From an uncultured Desulfuromonas sp. (GTDB lineage: Bacteria > Desulfobacterota > Desulfuromonadia > Desulfuromonadales > Desulfuromonadaceae): DNA of 64,000 nt. This document shows positions 1 to 8,907 of the stretch, in pieces (the stretch's first letter is position 1; the number at the start of each line of letters is the position of its first letter). The position numbers were made by a program, and so were the translations under genes. A model generated the notes under the pieces. It saw nothing but the letters and a program-made list of their open reading frames with translations. It was not told the DNA's origin and did not search any database. The stretch covers positions 20,828 to 84,827 of the forward strand of contig CAZDRL010000002.1 in assembly GCA_964508035.1 (NCBI GenBank), given 5' to 3'.

Positions 1-78
1 GGCACCCATCTGATCAAAAGTGCAACCAAAGATTATTTTGAAGTATTGCGTACCAAACTGCGCTGGGGAGAGCGCTAA
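1..78 (+). CDS. nadK: 3' end of NAD kinase (partial, enters from upstream of window)
   Basis: Frame 1 is open from base 1 to TAA at 76-78. The tail ...KDYFEVLRTKLRWGER resembles the NadK C-terminus. nadK-recN adjacency is common in bacteria. Confidence 0.4.
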   Translation, partial: GTHLIKSATKDYFEVLRTKLRWGER

Positions 79-83
79 CCTGT

Positions 84-1772
84 ATGCTTAATGAGCTCAT
101 TATCCATAATCTCGCCGTGGTGGAACGTGCCGAAGTAACCTTTGCTTCAGGCTTTAATGTGCTTACCGGTGAGACCGGGGCAGGAAAGTCGATCATTGTT
201 GATGCCCTGGGGCTGCTTCTCGGGCAGCGCAGCCGTGGCGATCTGATCCGCACTGGACAGGAGCGTGCCGTGGTTGAGGCGGCATTTGATATCCGCACGC
301 ACGCGCACGTGCAGCACTGGCTGGAGGAGAACGATCTGGCGAATCCGGAAGATCGTACCGTATTGCTGGTAAAGCGGATTCTGCCGCGCCAGGGGCGTAA
401 CAAGGTGTACATCAATGGATCTATGGCAGCGCTGGCGCAGTTGCAGGAACTGATGCAACCGCTAGTGGCTATTTACGGCCAACACGAGCAGCAACAGCTC
501 CAACGGGTGGAGAACCATCTGCGCCTGCTCGATCGATTTGGTGCCTATGCTGCGGTGTTGGAGAAGTATCAGCACTGTTTCAGCACCTGGCAGCAGATGC
601 AGCGTACTTTGGCGCAACTTCAAGCTGAGGTTACCCAACGGCGTGATCGCCTCGATCTGCTTGTGTTCCAGAGTAATGAACTGCGTGAAGCGGAGTTGAA
701 AGAGGGGGAATGTGCCGACCTTGAGCAGGAACGTTTGCGCCTCCAACATGGAGAACGTCTCAGTTCGGTGACGCGCAAGGGCTACGATACTCTGTATGCC
801 ACCAAAGGGGCGATCTGCGAACAGCTCGGCACCCTGAAGGGGGAGTTGGAGGTCCTGCTGGAAGTGGACCCACGCTTAAAGTCCCCCTTTGAAGCGGTAA
901 GTGATGCCATGTACACCCTCGAAGATGCGGCGCTGCAGTTGCGTGCGCATGCGGATGGGGTGGTATTTGACCCCGAGCGCCAGCAAGAGGTGGAGCAGCG
1001 TCTCAATCAGTTGCACGGATTGCAGCGCAAGTATGCCGCAGACGAAAGTGGACTGATCCAGAAGCTCGCCGCGATGGAGGCGGAGCAGAAGCTCCTGGAC
1101 AGTAGCGACGATGAGATGGAACGACTGGAACAAGAACTGCACCGCACGCACCAGCAGTTGGAGCATGCTGGCGCCGCGCTTACCCAAGCCAGAGAAAGCG
1201 CGGCACAACAGCTGCAAGAGGCATTACACTATGAACTGGAGGGGCTAGCGATGCCGCGCGCCCGTTTCGAGGTGCGCTTCAGCCCACGGGTACACCCTAA
1301 CGCCACTGGGTTTGAAGAGGCAGAATTTTACTTCAGTGCTAACCCTGGGCAGGAATTGCGCCCGCTGGCAGCAACTGCATCGGGTGGGGAGCTTTCGCGC
1401 CTGATGTTGGCGTTGCGCAAAGCTGCTCCTGGTTCTGATGCGCTGGGTACAGCTGTTTTTGATGAGGTTGATGCCGGAATTGGCGGGGAGGCTGCGACTG
1501 CGGTGGGGCATCGCTTGCAGGATGTAGCGCAACGCAGCCAGGTGCTGTGTGTTACCCATCTGCCCCAGGTTGCGGCGTTTGCCACGACCCAGTTTCGCAT
1601 AGAAAAAGTGGTAGAGCAGGACCAGACCAGCACCAGGGTTGTCCAGCTGGAGACTGAGCCTCGCGTGCAGGAGCTGGCGCGGATGCTCGGAGGAGCCTAT
1701 AGCGGAGCACAGAGTGTGGAGCATGCCCGTGCCCTGTTACACCATAGCCTAAGGGAAATCCATGATTCGTAA
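84..1772 (+). CDS. recN: DNA repair protein RecN
   Basis: 562 aa. N-terminal Walker A GETGAGKS, long coiled-coil middle, C-terminal SMC-type signature GGELSRLMLAL and Walker B VFDEVDAG. Confidence 0.95.
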   Translation: MLNELIIHNLAVVERAEVTFASGFNVLTGETGAGKSIIVDALGLLLGQRSRGDLIRTGQERAVVEAAFDIRTHAHVQHWLEENDLANPEDRTVLLVKRILPRQGRNKVYINGSMAALAQLQELMQPLVAIYGQHEQQQLQRVENHLRLLDRFGAYAAVLEKYQHCFSTWQQMQRTLAQLQAEVTQRRDRLDLLVFQSNELREAELKEGECADLEQERLRLQHGERLSSVTRKGYDTLYATKGAICEQLGTLKGELEVLLEVDPRLKSPFEAVSDAMYTLEDAALQLRAHADGVVFDPERQQEVEQRLNQLHGLQRKYAADESGLIQKLAAMEAEQKLLDSSDDEMERLEQELHRTHQQLEHAGAALTQARESAAQQLQEALHYELEGLAMPRARFEVRFSPRVHPNATGFEEAEFYFSANPGQELRPLAATASGGELSRLMLALRKAAPGSDALGTAVFDEVDAGIGGEAATAVGHRLQDVAQRSQVLCVTHLPQVAAFATTQFRIEKVVEQDQTSTRVVQLETEPRVQELARMLGGAYSGAQSVEHARALLHHSLREIHDS

Positions 1773-2226
1773 AGCACATATTGACGACGCCAAAGCCATC
1801 CATAAACTTCTGTCCGCATACGCGCAGGCGGGCACCATGTTGTCGCGTTCCCTCGCAAATATCTATCAGACCATCCGTTCCTTCTATATTTGCGAGGATA
1901 ACGGCGAAGTGGTGGGGATCTCCTGTCTGCAGATCTGGTGGGCCGACCTGGCTGAGGTGCGCTCACTGGCAGTGAGCTCTTCCCACGCAGGGAAGGGGTT
2001 GGGACGTGAGCTGGTAGAAGCATGTCTACACGAAGCGCAGGAGCTGGGGATAAGCCGCGTGTTTGTCCTCACCTATCAAGAAGATTTCTTTGCGCGGCTG
2101 GGGTTTGAGGCGATTGAAAAGAATGAATTGCCGCAGAAGATCTGGGGGGATTGTATGCAGTGTCCTAAATTCCCCGACTGCGACGAAATTGCCATGGCAA
2201 AACAGATCCCCCGCCTCGATACTTGA
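1762..2226 (+). CDS. GNAT-family N-acetyltransferase (ArgA-like short amino-acid acetyltransferase)
   Basis: 154 aa. Acetyl-CoA binding pattern ...RSLAVSSSHAGKGLGRELV... The start overlaps the recN stop by 11 nt. Confidence 0.8.
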   Translation: MIRKAHIDDAKAIHKLLSAYAQAGTMLSRSLANIYQTIRSFYICEDNGEVVGISCLQIWWADLAEVRSLAVSSSHAGKGLGRELVEACLHEAQELGISRVFVLTYQEDFFARLGFEAIEKNELPQKIWGDCMQCPKFPDCDEIAMAKQIPRLDT

Positions 2227-2311
2227 TCCACGCAGGGGGCACAAGGCAGGGGATCTGGCAACATTTAGAGTATAAAAGAGTATAGGGTTTATTGCTCCGG
2301 TGTAGAGGAAG

Positions 2312-2794
2312 TTATAAGGGGATATTTATGCTAATCCCCGGCAATGCAGTAAACATCCCGAGATTGTGCCTTACATACTGTTGTGCGCGCCGCTGAGCTT
2401 TAAAGTTCTTGTGACGCAGCTTTTGATGCTGTGTGAAGCTGTTGTTAATGATGTGCGTGTTGTGCTTACGGTACTGCTTGCATGCCTTGGAGCCCTTGGA
2501 GCCCTTGGAGTTGTAGTGCTTGCCTCCATGATATTGGGTTGCCCCTCCAGGTTCGTAGTAGCGTGTAGTGGTAACAACCCGCTGCGTGAACTGCTTCCCC
2601 TGCGCGCGCGCGCCATTGTTATGATACCCGTATTTACTTGCTGACTTAACATGGGCTGAGTTGGAATGAGCAGGTTTGAAATGGCGCGCGTAGCCATCGG
2701 CCTGGCTTACCCCTGCACCGGGGCACAGAAATATGAAGGATGCGATCAGGATGCTTGCCGTTGTTACTGGTTGCAGGTTCTTAAGTCTTCGCAT
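2312..2794 (-). CDS. Secreted, highly basic His/Lys/Asn/Tyr-rich low-complexity protein of unknown function
   Basis: 160 aa. The N-terminal signal peptide ends ...CPGAGVSQA. The mature part is rich in K/R/H/N/Q/Y and contains a KGSKGSKGS tract. I recognise no homolog. Confidence 0.5.
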   Translation of the reverse strand: MRRLKNLQPVTTASILIASFIFLCPGAGVSQADGYARHFKPAHSNSAHVKSASKYGYHNNGARAQGKQFTQRVVTTTRYYEPGGATQYHGGKHYNSKGSKGSKACKQYRKHNTHIINNSFTQHQKLRHKNFKAQRRAQQYVRHNLGMFTALPGISINIPL

Positions 2795-3011
2795 GGCGAT
2801 CTCCTTGGTTCGGGGGTGGCGACTTCAACGTTGTGACCTTTGAAGCCCGTTATCTTGCGGCGTTGTTCTGTAAGTCAATATGGCAAAGAAAAACCCTGGG
2901 TGCACTCGACATCGACCCCCATATCCGTGGATGTCTAGTCCGGCACGAGATGGCGAACAGCGTGCCCTGCGTTGAGTTGTCCCGCATAATCAATATCTTA
3001 TATGTGTGTTT

Positions 3012-3050
3012 CAGGTTTTACCTCAGATTCGGGTGTGAACCTGTTTTTTT
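3012..3050 (+). terminator. Intrinsic-terminator-like hairpin plus U7 in the 5' leader of the ABC-F gene (possible attenuator)
   Basis: caggtt (3012-3017) pairs with aacctg (3038-3043) and is followed by T7 (3044-3050). It sits 24 nt upstream of the ATG at 3074. No plus-strand gene ends nearby. Confidence 0.35.
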
Positions 3051-3073
3051 AAGAGCTGTTTTTTGAGAGACCT

Positions 3074-5023
3074 ATGCTGCAGTTACAGAAAATAGAACTT
3101 ACCTTTCCTGCGCGTACTCTGTTTTCCGGAGTGAGTTGGCATCTGCGCCCCGGTATGCGGGTAGGGTTGTGCGGGGCGAACGGTGCAGGGAAAACCACCC
3201 TGCTGAAAATGTTGGCCGGGCAGGTGGAGCCAGACAAAGGTGACATCATTCTGGCGAAGGGCACCACCGTGGGCTACCTGCCGCAAGAGGGGTTGTGCTA
3301 CCAGGGGCGGAGTCTGTACGCCGAAGTTGAAAGTGCATGTACCGAAGTGCTGGCTCTCGGGCGCGAGATGAAGAAATTGGAACAGCAGATCGCCCTCGAC
3401 GCGCACGAAGATCAGCTCGCACGCTATGCCGAGGTGCAGGAGCAATTCCGCCAGCAGGGTGGTTTTACCCTGGAGGCTGATCTGGCACGGGTGCTCCACG
3501 GTCTTGGCTTTACCACACAGGACTGGGACAAACCGAGTGAGACTTTTTCGGGCGGATGGCAAATGCGGATCGCCCTTGCACGTCTGTTGATGCAGCGTCC
3601 CAATCTGCTGTTGCTGGATGAACCCACCAACCACCTCGATCTGCCCGCGCGCGACTGGCTCGAACAGTATCTGTGCAATTATCCCGGCACCGTGGTGTTG
3701 GTCTCGCACGATCGATTCTTCATGGATCAGGTGGTGGAGCGCATAGTTGAGGTTTGGAATGGTGTCCTGGCGGAATACCCGGGGAACTATTCGCTGTATC
3801 TGCAGGAGCGCGACCGCCGTGTTGCTGCGCTGCGGGCAGAAAAACAGCAGCAGGATGAGGAGGTTGCACGTATCGAAGCCTTTATCAGCCGCTTTCGCTA
3901 TCAGGCTAATAAGGCATCTCAGGTGCAGAGCAGGGTTAAGCAGCTGGAAAAGATTGAGCGCATCCAGGTTCCGCCGCAACGCAAAAAAATTGCGTTCAAG
4001 TTCCCCTCTCCTCCGCGTAGCGGCAAGGAGCTGGTGACTCTCAAGCACGCCGCCCAGCAGTACGGGGATAACCTGGTACTTAACCATGTTAATCTGTGTG
4101 TAACCCGCGGGGAGCGCGTGGTGCTCGTAGGTCCAAACGGGGCGGGAAAATCCACTCTGATGCGCCTGCTCTCCGGGGTAGAACAGCCCAGTGCCGGAGA
4201 ACGGATACTCGGACACAATGTGGAGATGGCGTACTTCGCCCAAGATCAGGCACAGGTTCTTGATGAGAGCAAGACCGTGCTGGAGGAGATAACCGCGCAC
4301 TCTCCGATAGATATGGTGCCGCGCCTGCGTGATGTGCTCGGCAGCTTCCTCTTCAGTGGCGACGATGTGCACAAGCCGGTGAAGGTGCTTTCCGGTGGGG
4401 AGCGTAATCGCCTTGCGCTTGCAATTCTACTGCTGCGTCCTGCCAATCTGCTGTTGCTGGATGAGCCTACCAACCACCTTGATCTGGAGTCCAAGGATGT
4501 ATTGTTGGAGGCTTTAAGCGGCTATAGTGGTACTTTGGTGTTTGTATCCCACGACCGCTATTTTGTAGATCAACTTGCGACGCGCGTAGTGGATGTAAAT
4601 GCCAGGATGGTGGAGGCATATCCGGGTAATTATGCGGATTTCCTGCGGGCCAAACAAGGGGAAGGGGTGGGGGGCCACAGTAGCGAGCGGGTGGAGACTC
4701 TGGCGCAACACACCTCTTCGGCGGGCACTACTCCAGATGTGGACAAGGAGCAGCGCAAGCAGGATCACGCCCGCCGCCGCGAGGAACAGAAACTGCGGCG
4801 CAAACTGGAAAAAGAGGTGGAAGGGCTGGAACAGCAGATTGCCACGCTAGAGCAACGCCAGACTCTGTTGGAACAGGAACTTGCCGATCCACAGCTGTAC
4901 GCAGATCAGACACGCTTTAACTCCAAGGCTGATCAACACGCAGAGGTGAGAACCGAATTGGAGGCGTGTTTGTCGAAGTGGGAGGTAAAACAAGAAGCAA
5001 TGGAGGAGTTATGCATACCCTGA
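3074..5023 (+). CDS. ABC-F family ATPase (Uup/YheS-like translation-associated ABC protein, no TM domain)
   Basis: 649 aa. Two ABC cassettes: GANGAGKTT/LSGGWQMR/LLLLDEPTNHLD and GPNGAGKST/LSGGERNR/LLLLDEPTNHLD. Charged coiled-coil C-terminal tail. Confidence 0.9.
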   Translation: MLQLQKIELTFPARTLFSGVSWHLRPGMRVGLCGANGAGKTTLLKMLAGQVEPDKGDIILAKGTTVGYLPQEGLCYQGRSLYAEVESACTEVLALGREMKKLEQQIALDAHEDQLARYAEVQEQFRQQGGFTLEADLARVLHGLGFTTQDWDKPSETFSGGWQMRIALARLLMQRPNLLLLDEPTNHLDLPARDWLEQYLCNYPGTVVLVSHDRFFMDQVVERIVEVWNGVLAEYPGNYSLYLQERDRRVAALRAEKQQQDEEVARIEAFISRFRYQANKASQVQSRVKQLEKIERIQVPPQRKKIAFKFPSPPRSGKELVTLKHAAQQYGDNLVLNHVNLCVTRGERVVLVGPNGAGKSTLMRLLSGVEQPSAGERILGHNVEMAYFAQDQAQVLDESKTVLEEITAHSPIDMVPRLRDVLGSFLFSGDDVHKPVKVLSGGERNRLALAILLLRPANLLLLDEPTNHLDLESKDVLLEALSGYSGTLVFVSHDRYFVDQLATRVVDVNARMVEAYPGNYADFLRAKQGEGVGGHSSERVETLAQHTSSAGTTPDVDKEQRKQDHARRREEQKLRRKLEKEVEGLEQQIATLEQRQTLLEQELADPQLYADQTRFNSKADQHAEVRTELEACLSKWEVKQEAMEELCIP

Positions 5024-5670
5024 TTCTCCCGCGTGGAATAACCGTGAAACAGTTTGATGCTTCGCAGCGGGTAAAAATCCCGCAACTGCTTGAACGCTTC
5101 CGCTCCAACCGTTTCAGCGGTTATCTCCATTTCGATTTAACTCCCCAAGTTGGAGTTATATGTTTTCAGGATGGGAATATAGTCGCTGTCCTGTTTGAAA
5201 GTGATAACGCGCGCTTTTCCGGTTATGAAGCCCAGCTTGAACTGTTTCGCGCCTTGCAACTGAACAGCGGGGCGATCAGGGTGTATCGCCTCGAAAGTGA
5301 GCTTGTTCCCTATGTAGCGCGGATATGTCGGGGGCAGGTGGAGATTGAGGCGCAGTTGGTGCGCTTTCTCGATAGCGCGCGCCTGCTTGCCTATCTGGAG
5401 GCGGAGCGTTTTAACGGCTGTATCCGCATTTATACATCCGCCGAAGCAACTCTGGTTTTCTATACCGAGGGGCGTGTAGAAGGTTTTTTTGTGGATGGTG
5501 TCGCAGGGCTGCAGGATGACCTGGATATCGCACATTCTCTCGCGCTGGATAAAGAGTGCAGATACGATGTTATCCGCACTCCAGAATCAGGACGCAGCCC
5601 AGTAATGCCTCTGGATGATATCAATTTTGAAAAAGACTGGCTTCTGGTCTGGCGCGAACTCAACACCTGA
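5011..5670 (+). CDS. Hypothetical protein with two DUF4388/PATAN-like repeats
   Basis: ATG at 5011 is preceded by GGAGGAG (5003-5009) and overlaps the ABC-F stop by 13 nt. There are two similar modules: RFSGYLHFDL..VGVICFQDGNIVAV and RFNGCIRIYT..TLVFYTEGRVEGF. The ORF-track start at 4966 lies inside the ABC-F gene and is less likely. Confidence 0.6.
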   Translation: MHTLILPRGITVKQFDASQRVKIPQLLERFRSNRFSGYLHFDLTPQVGVICFQDGNIVAVLFESDNARFSGYEAQLELFRALQLNSGAIRVYRLESELVPYVARICRGQVEIEAQLVRFLDSARLLAYLEAERFNGCIRIYTSAEATLVFYTEGRVEGFFVDGVAGLQDDLDIAHSLALDKECRYDVIRTPESGRSPVMPLDDINFEKDWLLVWRELNT

Positions 5671-5688
5671 CGGCGCGTCATATTAATG

Positions 5689-5718
5689 CGTAGGGGCGCT
5701 TCGTGAAGCGCCCCTACG
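5689..5718. terminator. GC-rich perfect hairpin between convergent genes (bidirectional terminator or REP-like element)
   Basis: cgtaggggcgcttc / gaagcgcccctacg gives a 12-14 bp stem. There is no clear U-tract on either side. Confidence 0.4.
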
Positions 5719-5737
5719 GGTGATCTTCGCTACGGTT

Positions 5738-6700
5738 TTATTCCATTTCGGCGAGCACAATCTCAATCCGGCGATTTTGCGCGCGCCCTTCAGGGGTGGA
5801 GTTGTCCGCCACCGGCTGGTATGGGCCCATGGCGCGGATCTCAAGTCTTTTCCCGCTGATTCCAACTTCATCCTGTAGAAAATGGACGACGTTTGCCGCG
5901 CGTGCCGCAGCAAGCTCCCAGTTGGAGGGGAACACCTCGCGCAGGCTTGATGCAATGGCGAGGTTGTCTGTATGTCCCTCCACGCAGATGCGCTTGTCGG
6001 CTATTTTTTGCAGACTTGTACCCACCTGTTTTAATACCCGCTTTCCATCTTCAGTCAGGGTGGCAGTGCCTGAGGCAAACAGGATTTGTCCCACCATATT
6101 TACACTGAGCTTGTTTTTAAGCTGCTTGATGGTGAGTTCGCCGCGCTCCAGCTCCTGTTCCAGGTTTTCCACCAGTTCATTGTAGGTGCTGGATACCTTG
6201 GCGATGCGCGCCTCGCGTGCAATCTGCTCCCGTTCGAGTTCCTGCTCCAGGCGCGTGGTCTCACTTTCTAACATCCCCACTTCATCAAGGAGTGTGACCT
6301 TATCCTGTTGCAGGTGCGCTATCTCCTGTCTTAACTCCGCTACCGAGCGCGCGGTTTTGCCCTCACGCGCGGCATAGATGCTGCTGAGGCGCTCTTTCTC
6401 TGACTCAAACTCAAGCCTTTTTTGTTCCAGTTCGGAACGGCAGTCGGCAAGCTTGGTTCTGGTGCCATTTAGCTCATCCTTAAGGTTGTCGATGTTTGCT
6501 TTTAGCTTATCTATTTGCGAAGAGAGGGATTCGCTTTGGTGCAACTGCTGATCGTAGGTGTGCTTACTTACACATGCACTCAACGATACGAGGGGGATAA
6601 CGCAGAGTAAGAGCAGAAAATTACGCCGCCAGGGAGTTGGAACGGCGGAGAGTTTCAGGGTTTTGCTTGAGACATACATGGAAACAACGTGTTTGAGCAT
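5738..6700 (-). CDS. OmpA/MotB-domain lipoprotein with a long coiled-coil
   Basis: Lipobox ...LVSLSAC. About 170 aa of heptad-rich E/L/K/Q sequence. C-terminal OmpA_C-like motif GHTDN...SNWELAAARAANVV...NRRIEIVL. Confidence 0.8.
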   Translation of the reverse strand: MLKHVVSMYVSSKTLKLSAVPTPWRRNFLLLLCVIPLVSLSACVSKHTYDQQLHQSESLSSQIDKLKANIDNLKDELNGTRTKLADCRSELEQKRLEFESEKERLSSIYAAREGKTARSVAELRQEIAHLQQDKVTLLDEVGMLESETTRLEQELEREQIAREARIAKVSSTYNELVENLEQELERGELTIKQLKNKLSVNMVGQILFASGTATLTEDGKRVLKQVGTSLQKIADKRICVEGHTDNLAIASSLREVFPSNWELAAARAANVVHFLQDEVGISGKRLEIRAMGPYQPVADNSTPEGRAQNRRIEIVLAEME

Positions 6701-6981
6701 ATACCATTCTCCTGAGTTTTTATGTGCGGTGTGTGCAGTTTGAACAATATCGATTCTGCACGGTATTCTGCCTTACAATGGCTGCAGTGTAAATCATTAC
6801 CCCTGGCTTCAGGGTGGAATTGTTGCCCTGTTCCCACCTTGCACAAGTGCGGGGGAGCAGGCGTTAGGAGGGGCAGGATAAGGATACTTTGTTCTTGCCC
6901 GAGTTTTCAATAATATGGTACACGAATAGTATTATCAATTACTTATAGATTTTATTCATCTATTTGCGTACGGGGTGCAAT

Positions 6982-7806
6982 GTGCTTGAAATTGCTGAAA
7001 TTATAAAGCGGGCGCTGCAGGAAGATATCGGCAGCGGGGATGTCACCACTATGGCAACGGTTCCGGCAGGAACGATCCGCCGCGCGGAACTGGTTGCAAA
7101 AGAGAACTTTACCCTTGCTGGTCTCGATGTGGCGCGCCAGGTTTTTACCACTCTGGACCCGGACGTGGCATTTGAGCCGCTGAAGTTTGACGGCAACAAG
7201 GTGCAGAGTGGGGATGTGCTTGCGTGGATTAAAGGTGATGCTCGTGTTTTGCTTCAAGGAGAGCGGGTGGCACTGAATCTGCTTCAGCGCATGAGTGGTG
7301 TGGCCACCACTGCGGCACGTTTTGTTGCCGCGGTAGCACACACCGATGCAATTATTGTGGATACACGCAAAACCACCCCGGGCTTGCGGGTGTTGGAAAA
7401 ATACGCAGTGCGGATGGGAGGGGCGCAGAATCACCGCACCTCGTTGTATGATGGCGTACTGATCAAAGAGAATCATATCGCCGCCGCCGGGGGGATCAGC
7501 GCGGCAGTTGCGGGCGCGCGCCGCAGTGCCCCGCATACCTTGAAGATTGAGGTGGAGACCGAAACCTTAGATGATGTGCGCGAAGCGCTTGCGGCTGGAG
7601 CAGATATTATCATGCTCGATAATATGACGCTGGAACAGATGTCTGAAGCGGTTGCGTTGATCGGTTCCAAGGCTGTAACCGAGGCCTCTGGCGGGGTTAA
7701 TCTGGATACCGTGGCGGATATTGCGGCAACTGGGGTAAATCTGATCTCGGTTGGGGCGCTGACTCATTCGAGCCGCGCCACGGATATTTCGATGTTGTTT
7801 CGTTAG
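6982..7806 (+). CDS. nadC: Nicotinate-nucleotide pyrophosphorylase (carboxylating)
   Basis: Typical QPRTase sequence: ALQEDIGSGDVTT..., RKTTPGLR, IMLDNM. I chose GTG at 6982 as the start; the ORF-track TTG at 6964 is also possible. Confidence 0.9.
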   Translation: MLEIAEIIKRALQEDIGSGDVTTMATVPAGTIRRAELVAKENFTLAGLDVARQVFTTLDPDVAFEPLKFDGNKVQSGDVLAWIKGDARVLLQGERVALNLLQRMSGVATTAARFVAAVAHTDAIIVDTRKTTPGLRVLEKYAVRMGGAQNHRTSLYDGVLIKENHIAAAGGISAAVAGARRSAPHTLKIEVETETLDDVREALAAGADIIMLDNMTLEQMSEAVALIGSKAVTEASGGVNLDTVADIAATGVNLISVGALTHSSRATDISMLFR

Positions 7807-7854
7807 ACCGCTGTCCTAAGTTTTCTGCACTGAGCAGTTGAGGAATATCAACCC

Positions 7855-8841
7855 ATGGAGCAAAACCGTTTGCGTGAAGCTATCGTACGCATGTTTCTGG
7901 AACACGAGGGGCAGATTATCTCCGGTGCGGAGTTGAGCTTGAACCTTGGGGTCAGTCGCACTGCGGTATGGAAGCATATCAATAAGTTGCGCGCAGACGG
8001 GTATGAGATTGAAGCTGTCCCTTCGCAGGGATACAAGCTGAGTGGCCGCCCGGACCTCTTGCTCCCCGCTGCGATTGAAATAGGGCTGGATACTTCCAGA
8101 ATCGGATGTCAGATCGAGTATCACGCGGAGATTGATTCCACCAATCTCAGAGCGCAGGTTCTTGCGGATCAAGGCGCACCGGAGGGGAGTGTGGTGGTGG
8201 CTGACAGCCAGAGTGCCGGGCGCGGCCGCATGGGGCGACCATGGAGCTCTCCGGCCGGGGTCAATATCTACACTTCAATTATTCTCCGCCCCACCTTGGG
8301 ATTGAGCGAAGCAACCCAACTTACGTTCCTTGCGGCAGTGGCAGTAGCGCGCGCGCTGGAAAAAAGCTGTGGCGTAAGTGTGAATGTGAAATGGCCCAAC
8401 GATATTCTCCTGAATGGAAAAAAGATTGCGGGTCTGCTCAACGAGTTGAGCGGCGAAACCGAGGGGATTCACCATGTAATTCTGGGGATAGGGGTGAATC
8501 TGAACATGGAACAAGATCAGTTCCCTCCCGATTTACGCTATCCAGCGACCTCAGTCCGCATCGAAACAGGGCAACGTGTGGATCGCGTTCAGTTTGTGCG
8601 CACCCTGTTCAGTGAAATTGAAACCCTGTACAATCTGTTGCTAGGGCACGGTTTTGTCCCGATACGCCTGGCGTGGGAGGCACTGTTCGACCTTGTTGGT
8701 ACCGTGGTGGAAGTTGATACCGGTTCCACCCCGGTGCGGGGTACGGTGGCGGGGATAGCTGAAGATGGAGCACTCCTGCTTACTACCGGGGCAGAAACCA
8801 CCCCGATCTACTCTGGAGATGTTCGACCGGTAGGGGTTTGA
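7855..8841 (+). CDS. birA: Bifunctional biotin-[acetyl-CoA-carboxylase] ligase / biotin operon repressor
   Basis: 328 aa. N-terminal wHTH (ISGAELSLNLGVSRTAVWKHINKLR) and the biotin-binding motif GRGRMGRPW. Confidence 0.9.
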   Translation: MEQNRLREAIVRMFLEHEGQIISGAELSLNLGVSRTAVWKHINKLRADGYEIEAVPSQGYKLSGRPDLLLPAAIEIGLDTSRIGCQIEYHAEIDSTNLRAQVLADQGAPEGSVVVADSQSAGRGRMGRPWSSPAGVNIYTSIILRPTLGLSEATQLTFLAAVAVARALEKSCGVSVNVKWPNDILLNGKKIAGLLNELSGETEGIHHVILGIGVNLNMEQDQFPPDLRYPATSVRIETGQRVDRVQFVRTLFSEIETLYNLLLGHGFVPIRLAWEALFDLVGTVVEVDTGSTPVRGTVAGIAEDGALLLTTGAETTPIYSGDVRPVGV

Positions 8842-8907
8842 ATTGCTACACAAGATGCGCGTGGGTACAATTAGCGCAGTTTTTATAGAAAGGAAGCGCT
8901 GAAATAT

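Noticed and set aside
2833-3066. A 77-aa GTG-initiated ORF upstream of the ABC-F gene, read as a real protein gene.
   Set aside because: It has no RBS and no recognisable features, and it traverses a terminator-like hairpin. Only its distal 38-codon ATG-initiated part is retained, as a hypothetical regulatory uORF.
3083-4372. A 429-aa ORF antisense to the ABC-F gene. Similar long antisense ORFs occur at 8911-9651, 9881-11503, 13757-14458, 18042-18872, 23049-24065, 25815-26768, 41925-42701, 44938-45654 and 55271-55966.
   Set aside because: Each lies entirely inside a gene on the other strand that has unmistakable conserved motifs. Their translations are low-complexity (R/S/A/G/P-rich) with no motifs or RBS. 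This is the usual open antisense frame of moderately GC-rich coding DNA.
6701-6963. A possible NAD+-class riboswitch (ACANCCCC-like AUUACCCC / GUUCCCACC) upstream of nadC.
   Set aside because: Only a loose CCCC match was found, with no tandem-domain architecture. That class is known mainly from nadA leaders in Acidobacteria.
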